64,000 nt of DNA, taken from NCBI GenBank assembly GCA_032718475.1, contig JAUCBJ010000859.1:19489-83488 (forward strand), given 5' to 3'. Made by a program: the position numbers and the translations under genes. Position 1 is the first letter of the stretch; every line of letters begins with the position of its first letter. The notes beneath the pieces were generated by a model, which had not been told where the DNA came from, did not search any database, and saw nothing but the letters and a program-made list of their open reading frames with translations. Of the stretch, positions 12,594-24,813 are shown piece by piece. The stretch is from Nemertoderma westbladi (Eukaryota; Animalia; Xenacoelomorpha).

Positions 12594-14058
12594 AGCTGCT
12601 ATATGAGTTTATCGATATTATAATTAATTGTAATTAAGCTAGCGGTCGTCGCTGCCTCCCCCTCAATGCCCCCGGACAGCGCAAGATCCTCAGCGCTGAT
12701 GTACTGTCGTCGCTGTGCCTCTCGCCAACGTAGTAGCTACACAACGACAACAATAACCAGCGCGAGTCACTCCACTGTCCGTCCCAAGGGCTTAGAATTA
12801 CGTCAGGTTCTTGCTACAGAGGTAGGGCAACTTTCACAACTGCGACTCACTACTGTAAACACACTTTAGTAGTAACATTCACCTATAAACGCACAAATTC
12901 CACACAACTGTCACAAATTGTACACATTCGGGCCATTTGTCCGTTAGTCAAGTGCCTTCCAGAATGCCACGTTATTATTATGTATCCCTGGATACTAGCA
13001 GTGTGCCATTTATTCCGTATGCTATTCAATGGGGCAAGCTTTCTATTGTTCTTTAACTCGCTTCTAATTCTAGCGTGGTTGTTGCTATGGTGACATTATG
13101 GAAAGCTAGCAGTAGAATTAGGGTAATGCTCATGCATACAGATCTGGGATGCTATTTAATAGTAATTCTTTAGTTGTCAATATTCCCCTTTATATATGAT
13201 TTTATGAATTTTATCGGCTATTGACTATATGTTGGAGATTCTCGCACACTAATATAATTAATAGGGTGAATCTCCGCTCCCATGATCTATTAATTAATGG
13301 AATTTTGGGAATGTTATAAATTGTATAAAATGACAATTTATCAAATTCATGAGAGGATATGAATTTAAATTTATTCCCGTAAATTTTATTATTTAATATT
13401 AAAATAGACACAATTTTATTCCAGAACATGTCTGGGGACTAGGATCCTTAATTCTAGGAAATTTGTCCTTTTAAGAGTATCGGTAAGTGCTACGATATCT
13501 TAATCGACTAGAATTTTAAAGGATCTGAATTTTAACAGATTTTGGATTTCTAGATTTTCTTAGTTTACAAACTCCTTAGAATTTATTTGTCTGCATTTAC
13601 TCTATTATAACATTTGTTTTAATAGATTTTGGTAAATATTAATTAGTTAATATTTAAGATGGGCACCGATTTATTCCAGAACTTGTCTGGGGACGTTAAC
13701 CACTGATTCTAGAATTTTGTCTTTCAAGTATATCGGTGGGTGCTGCGATATCTTAATCGACTAGAATTACAGATGGTCAAAGGATTTAACAGATTTATTT
13801 TGCGTTTTACGCTACTGTTAAAGGGACATCACGATACTATATGTATTATTTAATATATGGCATGAGAGCAATATTGCAAGAAGCAATGTCAGTGAGAAGA
13901 GGCAAGTCGTTTCCAAGGTCTACCCAGAGCTTGGTTAAGCCGAGACACGAGGATCTGAACTTTGCATTCCTAATACTCTACTTACCAATAATACCAATAA
14001 TACCAATAATACTAATAATACAGTGAAATGCAGTCTTCACGCTCCTTATTAATGTCTC

Positions 14059-17028
14059 CTAACTTCTTCCCCACCAAGGGGCGTCGGCGGCGTTGAAGGT
14101 CCAGCTACATGCTGTTACCCTTAGCTGATCGTCCACCTGTCTTTGGTTCCAATCTTTAACGTAAGCTTTGATCTCATTATTGGCGCCAATGAAGTTCGTT
14201 CCCTTATCAGATCTCATTGTGTTGCTAGTTCCAAAGCGAGCGATCTGTCGGCGTAAACTCAGTATGGAGCTGTTGGTAGATAGATCGTTCACCATATCTA
14301 GATGGATCGCTCTACAAGTCATACAGACAAAGATGACACACCATCGCTTGACTATAGTCCTAGCATGATATACTTCAATAGGGCCAAATAAATCCACACC
14401 GGTATTAGTAAAGGGTGGTTCATAGAAGCTTACTCTGTCCCTAGGTAATTCTGCCTCTCGCTGTGTTAAAGGCCTACTGAATGCTTTCCTACAGGGTATA
14501 CAGTTCCTAAGAACTTGGTTCAGAGCTCTACGGGGTTTATGGAAATAATAGCGAGTTCGAATTTCGCTCAGAACACGTTCTCTACCAGCATGGTAAAGCC
14601 TACTGTGAACATCTACAATCATCTTGATTTGTATTTCAAGATTTCTAATGAGTATGGGAAATTTAGTGTCAAAGGACAATGGAGCATTAGTTAGTCTCCC
14701 TCCAACACGTATTAACCCATCTATCATTGTGCTAGAGAAATGATCCCTTAAGCGCATCTGTGGATTTCTCAACAACAAGAAATACTTATCGGAATCTTCA
14801 TAGCATTGCAGGAGTCTCAGTATCTGCTTATTGGTTTCTTCATGCTCCTGGTAACTGATCTTCTCCATCAGAAACCTATCTGACACTTTGTATTTGGGAA
14901 GATCTTTAATAGCATGGACCTGCTCGGATGTCAGTGGAGCGGTATCACTAGCGATCTTCGTCCTGGAGTAGTGATGATGGAAGCATCGCTTCAAATACAC
15001 GACAGCCTTACAAAGCCGATTCCAGGAGCTATAGTGATTTATCGCTCTCTGCAGGAGAGGTGAGAGTCCCTGCGAGACGTCTGGTGTTCCAGATTTCCAG
15101 TCTATTTCTCTGATTTCTTCAACAGATTTATTTGCGGCGGGGGAGTTTAGATCCACAGTGTCGTCCCCGGAGATGTGTAGTACAGACAGATCTATCACTG
15201 GTTTAAATAACTTTGATTTACTCGTCCGGGTTTTAGGTTTGACTTTCTCCGCTCCCTTGGCTTGTCTAATCTCAGCTGTGGTGAGATGAGGAGGCCATTC
15301 ATCCTCTTCTTTACTTAGGAAGTCGGGTCCACCTAACCAGTCTGGAGTATCTATCAGTTCTTGAGGAGTTGCTCCTCTGGAGGCGATGTCGGCTGGATTA
15401 ATCGTCCCAGGGCAATGTCTCCATTGATCTACATTAGAGCGACTAAGTATAATGGCTACTCTGTTGGTAATGAAGACGCTGAACTGACAGACTTCATTGG
15501 TTATATACTCCAAAACAAGTAAAGCATCGGTCCAATAGACAGTTTTCTCCAGTGGATAGTCGATCTGTTCAGTAACATTCCGGCCGATGGCTGTAGCGTA
15601 TAGAGCCGCCTTTAACTCCGCTCGAGGAACTCGTAGTTTGTTGTTTATCAAGGCCTTAGAGGTGACCAAGGCAACTTTAATTTCATCCGGAGTTTCAACC
15701 CTCAGGTAGGAATACGTGGGGAGAACGTGACCAAAATATGAACGGGAAATCGTAAAGTTCTCGATGGAAGGTAGAGAATCTTCCCATTTCATCCACTTCA
15801 TTAGTAGTTCTCCCTTAAGTGGATCATCCCACGAGTGGTTTTCAAGCCACATTTGTTGCACTAAGCTCCGAGCAATCAATATAACTGGGCTAATAAATCC
15901 CAATGGATCGAAATAAGTGCTCAGGATACTTAGACAAATCCATTTAGTTCTAACTGGATTATCTCGCTGTTTTAACTGGAAAAACAGGATATCTCTCTCC
16001 GTGTCCCATTTCAAACCAAGCGTCTTGGTTTCCGGAAGATCGTCCTTGATAAGGTCCAGATCTTTAACACCTCAGTCTTCTACCGGGATCGATTCCAGAA
16101 ACTCATGGGAGTTCCTAGTGAATTTGGTTAGTCGAAATCCACCGCGTCGCAAACACTCTACCGTTCCCTTGGCAACATCAATGGCTTCTTCAACCGATGG
16201 GAGGGACTTTAAATTGTCGTCCATGTATATATCCCGTTTAATGTTGTCGATAACCGCTTTAGAGAAGGCATCTCAGTTGTCATCAGCAGTGGTACGCACT
16301 ACTGAACAAGCGTTCGAGGGGCTCAAGATGATCCCGAAAGCCTGGATGGTCATCCAGTACTCCACCGGTTTTAGGTTGAGATCTCCTTCAGGCCACCACA
16401 GAAATTGTAGGCTGTCTCGATCCCTATCCAGCGCCTTGACTTGTAAGAACATGCCTTCTATATCCGAAGCGAAAGCGATAGAATATTGCCGTAATCTTAA
16501 TAGTATTCCCAACAAGGATTGGAGTAAGTTGGGTCCCGGCAACAATTCGGAGTTCAGGGATTGGCCCATGTAAAGGGCGGAGCCGTCGAACACTACCCAG
16601 ACTTCATTGGGTTTACCGGGTTTGGGAACGTAATGATGTGTTAGATAATACATTCTCTTTGTGGTGGGTGTTTCTTCCGGTACTCGCTCCGCGTATCCCC
16701 TATTGATGAATTTCTTCAGCTGGGTCTTATACATTTCCCTGGCTGAGACATTGGCCATAAGACGCTGAAGTAGTTGCGCGATTCTCTTCTCCGCTAAGGG
16801 TCGGTTATTTATAAAGTTGGGCTCTCGCCGTCGGAACGGAAGACCAATCTCATAGCGACCTTGATCTTTAAGAAAACGGGTAGTCGTTTCCTGAATCTGC
16901 TTGGCTCTCTCTTCCTCAACGGACATGGCCTTGTCATAGGAATTAGGCTCTACGGCTTCTTGAGTAAAGAATCGTACGGCGTGTTCATCGCGAATCTTAT
17001 TGTTGTATCGATCTATCACCTCGTTCAA
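14059..17028 (-). pseudogene. pol: BEL/Pao pol: RT, RNase H, integrase (frameshifted, internally deleted, 3' truncated)
   Basis: VVFDGSA, LLPGPNL, SDIEGMFLQV, YMDD in adjacent frame (~16217-16228), FDPLG, VPRAEL, WTDA, NPADIASRG, GVDLFGP, SDKGTNF, APWWG then breaks off. Confidence 0.92.
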
Positions 17029-17097
17029 TTCGTCGTTGTAGTCGAATTGTCCGCCATGATTGATGAGATGGCACAGGTTTACTTGGTTTCGCCAAGT

Positions 17098-17901
17098 TTA
17101 ATTTTCGGTGAGGAGGTCTATTGTATTTTCCTCGTCGAATAATTGATTAATATCGTCATTATCTGAGGAGTATGGTGTTCCCTCAGTTGTGGTTTCTCCC
17201 TCACTAATTTTTTCTTCCCATTCACTCACTTGATGTATCCTCTCTTGAGGAAGTCTTTCCATCAGCGTCCTACGGGAAGGTCCAGTGAAGTACCAACCTA
17301 CACTCGTTCTTCCCGCATACGTTTGTAATGGTTGCGGTCGAGCAGGCCGTTTTTCTAATGTATCTAGCGCCTCATGCGCATTTTGGCCGATCAATATCTG
17401 TACCCCTGGGTAGTCGGTGTTGAATCTAGGGATATCATGCTGCTGGGTGAAATGATCTTCATCCCAGTTATAAGGTTCCACTTGGCTGGTAGCAAAGTTC
17501 TTTATTGCCACCATTTTTACTGACCTTATACTATGTTCTCCTAGTTCATCCTGGGGAGTGGACGACGAGCCTACATAATAATCTGTAGCTACTGTGGATT
17601 TCCAAACCTGCATAATTCCTGAAAGGTTCAACTTAGTTCGGAACTTGGGTTGTCCAGCAAAGATATCTTCGGCTAGTTCTTTGTCGATGAATGTACCTGT
17701 GCTGCCGGAGTCAAGGAGGGCGTTTACTATTAAACTTTTCCCTAATCCATGGACTCTTAGCTGCACTACAGGGAATTCCAGAATTCCGATGTTGGAAGTT
17801 GGCGCTTTCCAAGATGGTTGTCGGTCCGGAATAGTCGGTTGCGCTTCGTTATCGGTTTCAGTCTCATATGTAAGCGCTCGATATACTGCGGTGTTTATCA
17901 T
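17098..17901 (-). pseudogene. BEL/Pao aspartic protease region
   Basis: NALLDSGSTGTFI catalytic motif and ILIG motif. Confidence 0.88.
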
Positions 17902-19147
17902 ATAACAGGAGACAGGATAACAGGAGATAACATGTAGAATCCTTCCATCTCAGAGCTGTGGTCAGTGTCGTTCACATCACTGAATTGGACATGTAGTTCG
18001 GGCTCACTTACCTGACTCGTGCGGGTTCTTTCAAATTCTGTGTGCAGCAAGATATGATGTTTCGCGCCGCACTTAGCGCACCTCGTGTCGGAGTAACAGG
18101 TCCGCCGGTGGTGTCCTTGTCTGAGACAATTATAACACAAACCACTTATTCCACATGACATCACGTCTATCCTTTAGGGATTTCTTCAAGAATTCATCAC
18201 ATCCACTCAAACGATGGGGCCCGTCGCACAATGCACATTTGGGTTTGATGTTACTTACTTTTTACCCTGTGTGGTGTTGTGCACACTTGTTCTTTCCTCG
18301 GGCTTTCTTCCATGAATTCTCTTAGGAGACGTGGGAGGAGTTGTTGTTACCTGTTCTCTCCTGTCACTGGTTCGAGACTTAGATTTACTTACGTCTTTAC
18401 GTGTTTTGTTGACATAATAAGATCTTTCAGTGTCTTTCCCGCTGTTCTCCTCATGGGAGGTCTGGCTTTCGCCGTCGTCTGTATAACACACTGGCGTTAC
18501 CTTTCTCCTAGAAACGGGTCTTCACTCACCTTATTTTCTGGTGTCTTCTCTCGGGACTGCTTTAGGAGCTGTAATCTTACCTCTCCATTTAAGAATGACA
18601 TGAGATCAGCCATGGTAGGGTCTCTTTGTTGCTGGTCCATCATATAGAGAACTCTTTTGTCCAAACGAGTACCTACTCCACCCTTTGGCAAAGTAGATGC
18701 TACGGCTCCAACAACCATGGAACTCTGATATTCATGAGACTTACCTAACCAATCTAGTTGCCTACAGATCTCCTGAATCTCATCGGAAAACTCTATAATC
18801 CCGCTACTAAGGAACTTTCGGGGCGCTACTAATTTCGCATACAAATACCTAGCTATGTTAGTCCTATTACCATACCTGATGTTTAGTGTATCCCAAACTT
18901 GTCTTCATCCATCTGGATGTCCAATAAACTTTAACGCCATTAACTTGGGAGGTCCTTCCAAGCACTCGATGAGGAATCTAAGTTTCTCTCCGTCAGATAG
19001 TACAGAGTTCTGTATATTATCTTTATAATATTCATTAAAAGTTAACCATTTCATCTCATCTCCATTGAACTTGACGATCTCTCCCACCTTTACCACTTGA
19101 CGAGCTTCGGTTCTAGCCATTTGACGCGTAAAACTTTCTTGGGCCAT
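17898..19147 (-). pseudogene. gag: BEL/Pao gag fragments
   Basis: KFNGD..W..F...LSDGEKLRFLIECLEG (DUF1759-type) and Cys/His knuckles CYNCLRQGH..C, CAKC..HHILLH; several frameshifts. Confidence 0.88.
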
Positions 19148-20204
19148 CGTATTATTTAATATCGAGTTATCGGTATATAAATTTCTCGGATTATTTTATT
19201 TTTTGACAATATTTGAAATAAATGTTATTATTTCTGGGAAAGGAGTCACTGCACAGAAGCTGAACGCTCTCAGTGGAGTGCTACTTATTGGATTCTACTT
19301 TACTAAGTTACTTATCACTACAAATTACTTACAATTACAGTTTGAGATTACAATCTCTAAATAAACTCTAAAAAGTTACACATACAAATTTTAGGGTAAT
19401 TTTACAGGAAATCTACAAACCAGTCTAACAAGGAGATAGAATTTCTGGTTCTTACAAATGGACAGGATACTACGGTATTTGAAAACAATAAAGCAGTAGT
19501 AAGTAAATTGCGTTGTCCAGATAAGAAAATACCACCGTCTGACGACTTATAGACTTAGCTCTATAAGTACTACGTTATGTACCCGGAGTGTCCTTACCTA
19601 GAAGTTAATTACCGCAGCCAACCAGAGCTAACGTGCCTATTAACCACTTTACAACACAAATATACTGCCTACACACTAATTACTTTCGGAAAGCACTGTA
19701 CGCTAAACCCTAAATTAGGTACAAGTACTTATACAACAAATAACCAGCAGTTAAATATACTTGAACAGCCAAAAGAACCACGGTATCTGCTGGAGTGACC
19801 GGAACATAAAATCACCAGTCTTTACCTACGCCAAGCAGCCCTGATGTATTACCGGGGTTAATTTAACTATAGCGGTATGTATAACAAGCACAATTACTGT
19901 AGGATTAAACTTGGGGGTTGTAGGTTGCGAATACTCGCATAGACTCTGAATAATAAATATTACGCTACCCGTGCAGACTATACAAACAAAATACAGACCA
20001 AATGCTGGCAGACTACTGTCAAGCCTAAATAAAATACAGTATATGCAGACTCCGAAATGGTTAGTTAGTAGGCGTCTAACCGAGTAGTACGACTTATTCT
20101 TTCGGGGGGATTTAACTTACAACACTGGATGCCCCCACCTTCCTAACTAGCACTTTATCGGACATACACTCTACACACACTGCAATCGCTTCAGACCTAA
20201 CAAC

Positions 20205-21636
20205 TACTACTACTACTACTACTAGGATCGGCATGCTGCATTGCAGCTGCATTTTTAAGAATGCTGTGCCGGCTTGTCAACAAAATTGCACCGCCACAAC
20301 TCCCTATCACCCATGACATTTGCTAGATCATCCGCATCTTTAAGGCCAGTGTCCTTTAAGATGCATCTCAAGAAAGTCATGGGCTGTCCACCATGCTTAT
20401 TCACTCCATGAGGCTGCCAAAGTACAAGATTATGCACTGGCTGGTCCTCACGGCGAAAGCAATGTCCTGCAAAGTGGAGGCGATTTTGTTCTAGTCTCAA
20501 GCTTGGGGGAACCAATGAGACACCTCCAATGTTATATAGTGTCTGGTTGGAGATGTGTGCATTGTACTTGACACAATGAACCCGGCATAGCATTCTTGTG
20601 AATGTGCCATCCAGAGATTTGGTGTCCTCAGCAGTTAGAGCCCAGCATGGACTCCCGTAGAGGAGTACTGGAACTACTGCTGCTCTAAATAATCGGACCT
20701 TAAGTTTCCGATTAATTCTCGGTGACTTCCAAATCCTGGAAAGCCTATTCAAGGCTGCCCATGCCTTTCCCTTACGTATTCGAAGGTCCTCACCTGACTT
20801 CCGGATCCATGATCCCAGGTAACAGAAGTCGTCCACATGCTCAAGCATACCATCCTTTGAGCTTATGCTCATCTGATCAGAGACTTGCTGAGGACTTTCA
20901 AAGTTAACTGTCAGAATTTTGGTCTTTCTGGAGTTAATAAAAAGACCAACACTAGAAGCAGCATGTTCTAATAAGCTGAGGAGCCATTGGGCTCCCTCTA
21001 ATGATTCTGAGAGTACTCCTAAGTCATCAGCAAAGTCTAGATCAGTTAGGTACTTGGCAGGATTTCCTCGACTTCTGGAGCCAGTAGGTGGAGTTATCAT
21101 CACCCCATCATCATTATAATGATCTAAGGACATGCGTAGAACATAGTCAACCACAATAATGAACAAGAATGGTGCAAGTGTGTCTCCTTGGAGGATGCCC
21201 CATAACACTTCAAATGGTTCTGTTTCACCGTCAACAGTAGACACAAATGTTGTCGAACCATCATATACTGATCTGATTGCTGCAATAATTTCATCAGGAA
21301 TCCCATATAATGAAAGTATGCTGAACATACATGAGCGAGAGACTGAATCAAAGGCCTTGAAGAAGTCAACAAAGATAACAGTCAGATGCCTGTCTTTCTT
21401 TTTTGATAACTCTTCAATTATCCTTCTAAGTGCCAAAATGGGCTCCATAGTCCCACGACCTTTACGGAACCCATTCTGATTTCCACGGAGCAGTCTCTCA
21501 ATGGGATCCCTGATGCGATTTAATAGAATCCTATTGTATAGCTTTGCAGCAATCGAGATCAATGAGATTCCCCGAAAAGAACCATAGAGTGTTAGGTTGC
21601 CCTTCTTGGGAACTGGCACCAATTTATTTGTTTTGG
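20205..21636 (-). mobile_element. 5'-truncated RTE-clade LINE nested in the BEL leader
   Basis: RT ORF 20255-21620 with PKKG, RGISL, QNGFR, FVDF.KAFD, QGDTLAP, FADD, YLGS; (TAG)n tail at ~20205-20225; candidate TSD TAACAAC at 20198-20204 and 21637-21643. Confidence 0.9.
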
Positions 21637-21950
21637 TAACAACAGTCCGACAACAATCCAACCTACAAATTATTTATACAATCTGAGCAGGCTTACACGC
21701 CTTCTGCTCAATATTACACTTACAGATAAATAAAACTGACAGAAATAAGTAAAATCCCAATAAAAAACCAGGGCGGCCATCCCTGATTAAATATCAAGAC
21801 CTACTGGTATATAATTATCAAAATCGAATAATACTGTTATACCTGTAAGTACCGGTTCGGGTAGTTGGGCAGTTAGGCCTACAGCTTACCGTTCGGCCGG
21901 TACCTTCGACTTTATTGCCTACGGTGCAATAAAGAAACTAAATCTATTAT

Positions 21951-23058
21951 TGTTCGCGCTTTTAGACCTTTAGCAGTTTAACCTGCCAATTTTAGTTGTC
22001 TTCTTGTTTATAAATCGACTTTAGCCTAGACCAATTATTTAATGTACTGAAGTTACATCCGCCGAAGCCAGTCTGTGCGCAATCATTCACCCACAGTTAA
22101 GGGAGACTGGATTCGGGTGCTTTGAAGTTATTGCGGTGCAGACCTACTGTATTATTCGATTGATCGTTACTATATAATCTCTGACAAATATATTTACTTT
22201 CGGGGAAATATTAACAGTTCCTTTAGGACGTGGCGCTTTAAGTATAAAAACAGAGTTATGACTTATACTAATCACAACTAGATGGCTACTGAGTTTCGTA
22301 AATAGCGCATTCTTTAGGAGATGCTTTATTATCAAACACACTACTTCACACGACTTCACATTACTTCACACTGATCTGCCGACCGTCACTGAATTTAATC
22401 ATATATAAGGAAGATCGCAACTGACACTTGTAGGGATTATGAAATAGCATTTAATTCACACAAAAACCACTATAATGTAAGTCGCAGTTGCTACCGGTAA
22501 CCTGTTCCTCTCACCTTCAGTAATCAAGAAGATTGGGGGTTTTATGATTATTCATCGGTATTCTCCAAATATATCAGCAATATACATCAACAAATAACAA
22601 CAATTAATAACAGAAGTAAATTAATGCGGTGAACAATCAGCATGTGTTACGTAAGTCAGTCGTGCACAGTACTTATGTGTTATGAGCAGATAATAGATTT
22701 ACGTTCTTGTAATCAAAGCCATCAGATGTTTAGGCCAAAGTCTGAAACTTCCAAAATCAGAAGTACAGAAGATTTCCAAGCAGTTCTCTCGCTCAGAAAG
22801 GTAAACAAAGACCGTAATGCATTGCGCGGTTTTCCATAGGCCCCTGTTCAACATAAAATGAAAATCGCTCTGATTGGCTGACTAGGACAAAGAGGTTCCA
22901 CGTTTACAGGAAACCAGCTGACAGATTTCGTCATCTGAGCTCCAATCTTTTAGAGTATTATGCGCATTGCGGCAAAAATGACTTGTTATGTCCGCTAAAG
23001 CACCTACACTGTGCATTGCGGGGAAAAATGACTTGTTATGTCCGCAATAGCTTTTACA
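21951..23058 (-). repeat. 5' LTR of BEL/Pao element
   Basis: 1108 bp copy of 9207-10314; sense-strand AATAAA near 22325-22330 and a short tandem duplication at the U3 end. Confidence 0.95.
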
Positions 23059-24029
23059 CCCCCCCCCCCCCTTAAGTTATGTAGTGACCACACTTAGGAG
23101 TTAGTCTGGCTCCAACATCAGCCATCACCTTGAAGTTAAACCGCAAGAGAAAGGAGCATATTGGTTGTTTGCAGTGTTTATTGTTCACTATGACATAAGT
23201 CATAGTAATCATAGTCACATACTTGCTCTATGCACTAAAATTGGGATGCTGAATTCAAATATAACCTCTAAAATATCTTAAAGTTGACACAAATATGATT
23301 TTCTTGGCAAATTTTTACTTCGTAATTTTTTTTCATTGAACATTGAATCTTTCGATTTAGAATACTCGCAGTATATTCTATATAAGAGCATATAATGTTA
23401 AATCATCTTAACCTGCCGAGGACCATTTTGGTCAAATTTACCCAAAATGAAGTTGACATGTACTGTACAAATTCAATATAATGATTGGGTTTACAATATT
23501 TCATGAATTCTCCTACTTTTTTATACTCTATCCAAATGTAACCGGGTAACAACTTTTACTTTAACACTTTTTTTAAATTTGACTTTTATTATTTAGGCAA
23601 CACCAAGGGCCGTTTGGGTCAAAATGACCCATTGTAGTTTTACTCATAAATAACAGTTTTGCAAAGTCGAATTCTGTAAACACATCAATTTTCCAAGTCA
23701 GGGCGATGTTAAACAACATTGAAAAGTCAATTCGTCTGTTTGTACAGTATGTCTGTTTGTATGTCGGTGCGTGTGTGTGTGTGTAATATGGAAACCTAGT
23801 ATCATCCATGAACCATATTTCCTGTATGGAACGTCTTCTAATTAGGCCTAGTCAGTGGTAATGTACAGTTAGGTTCAAACTGGTATACTTTAGTTCCTGT
23901 AACACATTATATTAAATTATTCATAACTCTCGTTTATTGTTTTGGTTACTTTCAACTCTCCTCTATAACCTTCTCCTTTACTAACCTGCCTGGTTATTGA
24001 GGCAGACTGACCAAATGGCTCGGTCCTAA

Positions 24030-24115
24030 CGCTAACAGGCTGCCAGGACCTAATGCCACGGACCTAATGCTCCGGACCTAATGCTACCAGGTTGCCAGGA
24101 CCTAAAGCTACCAGA
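24030..24115. repeat. Short tandem repeat GGACCTAATGC
   Basis: About five imperfect copies. Confidence 0.6.
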
Positions 24116-24813
24116 ACTGGTGTCTGGCTATATTGCCGTAAATATACTGTATAATCAAGCTGTCTAGGCATACACCTACCGGCAACCTGTAGTCATTCTG
24201 TCATTAGCCTATAGGCCTATAAATTAATAAATTGGGCTAATATATAACAGTTGTGTGCAAAATGGAAACATTTTTGAGAATCTCTTTTGTGGGTAATATG
24301 TACAAAACGGCCTGGTTGCAATAGGTCCAAATCGGTATACTTTAGGCAGTTACTGAGTTAGGTCAGTAGCAGTAGATCCTGTAGTGTTTAGGTCCCGTAG
24401 CTTTAGTAGTAACATATTTATGATATATTTACTTCACTATTTATTTGGGAAACAAATAATATTATCTCTAGAATTCTTCTATACAAGTATATGTAAATGT
24501 ATATCAGATGGGAGTAAGGTGCTATCAGAGATTATCATTTGTCGCAGTTGTTTAGCCTTTTCAGCGCCACTCAAATGTTTTCTCATTGTTTAGGAATAAA
24601 TATTCAATTAAAGTGGACTCGGTTTTTGTGTCACTCGCTTCGCTCGTTAATTTAATTTAATTTAATTGATATTCGTACGTATCAATAAACAATAAACATA
24701 GTACACGGTACGTAGACATATTATTAGTAAAGTAGCACAATATTAATGACGCAGGCCTATGTAATGAATAACTGACAGAACACGCAGTAAATGACACGGC
24801 ATCGAACAAATAA

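Larger units (their letters stand above)
9207..23058 (-). mobile_element. BEL/Pao LTR retrotransposon, both LTRs present, coding region defective
   Basis: Two 1108 bp direct repeats with TGT..ACA ends, gag-PR-RT-RH-IN order with Pao motifs on the minus strand, purine-rich GGGAGCGG before the 3' LTR, flanked by poly-C on both sides (TSD within the C run). Confidence 0.95.
8479..23071. mobile_element. Kolobok-like non-autonomous DNA transposon (~0.74 kb) split by the BEL insertion
   Basis: TTAA-GGGGAGGGGTACACCATTTT at 8475 and AAAATGGTGTACCCCCC at ~9174, whose poly-C continues after the BEL element to CCCC-TTAA at 23072; an uninterrupted paralogue of the target site lies at ~29772-29830. Confidence 0.65.
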
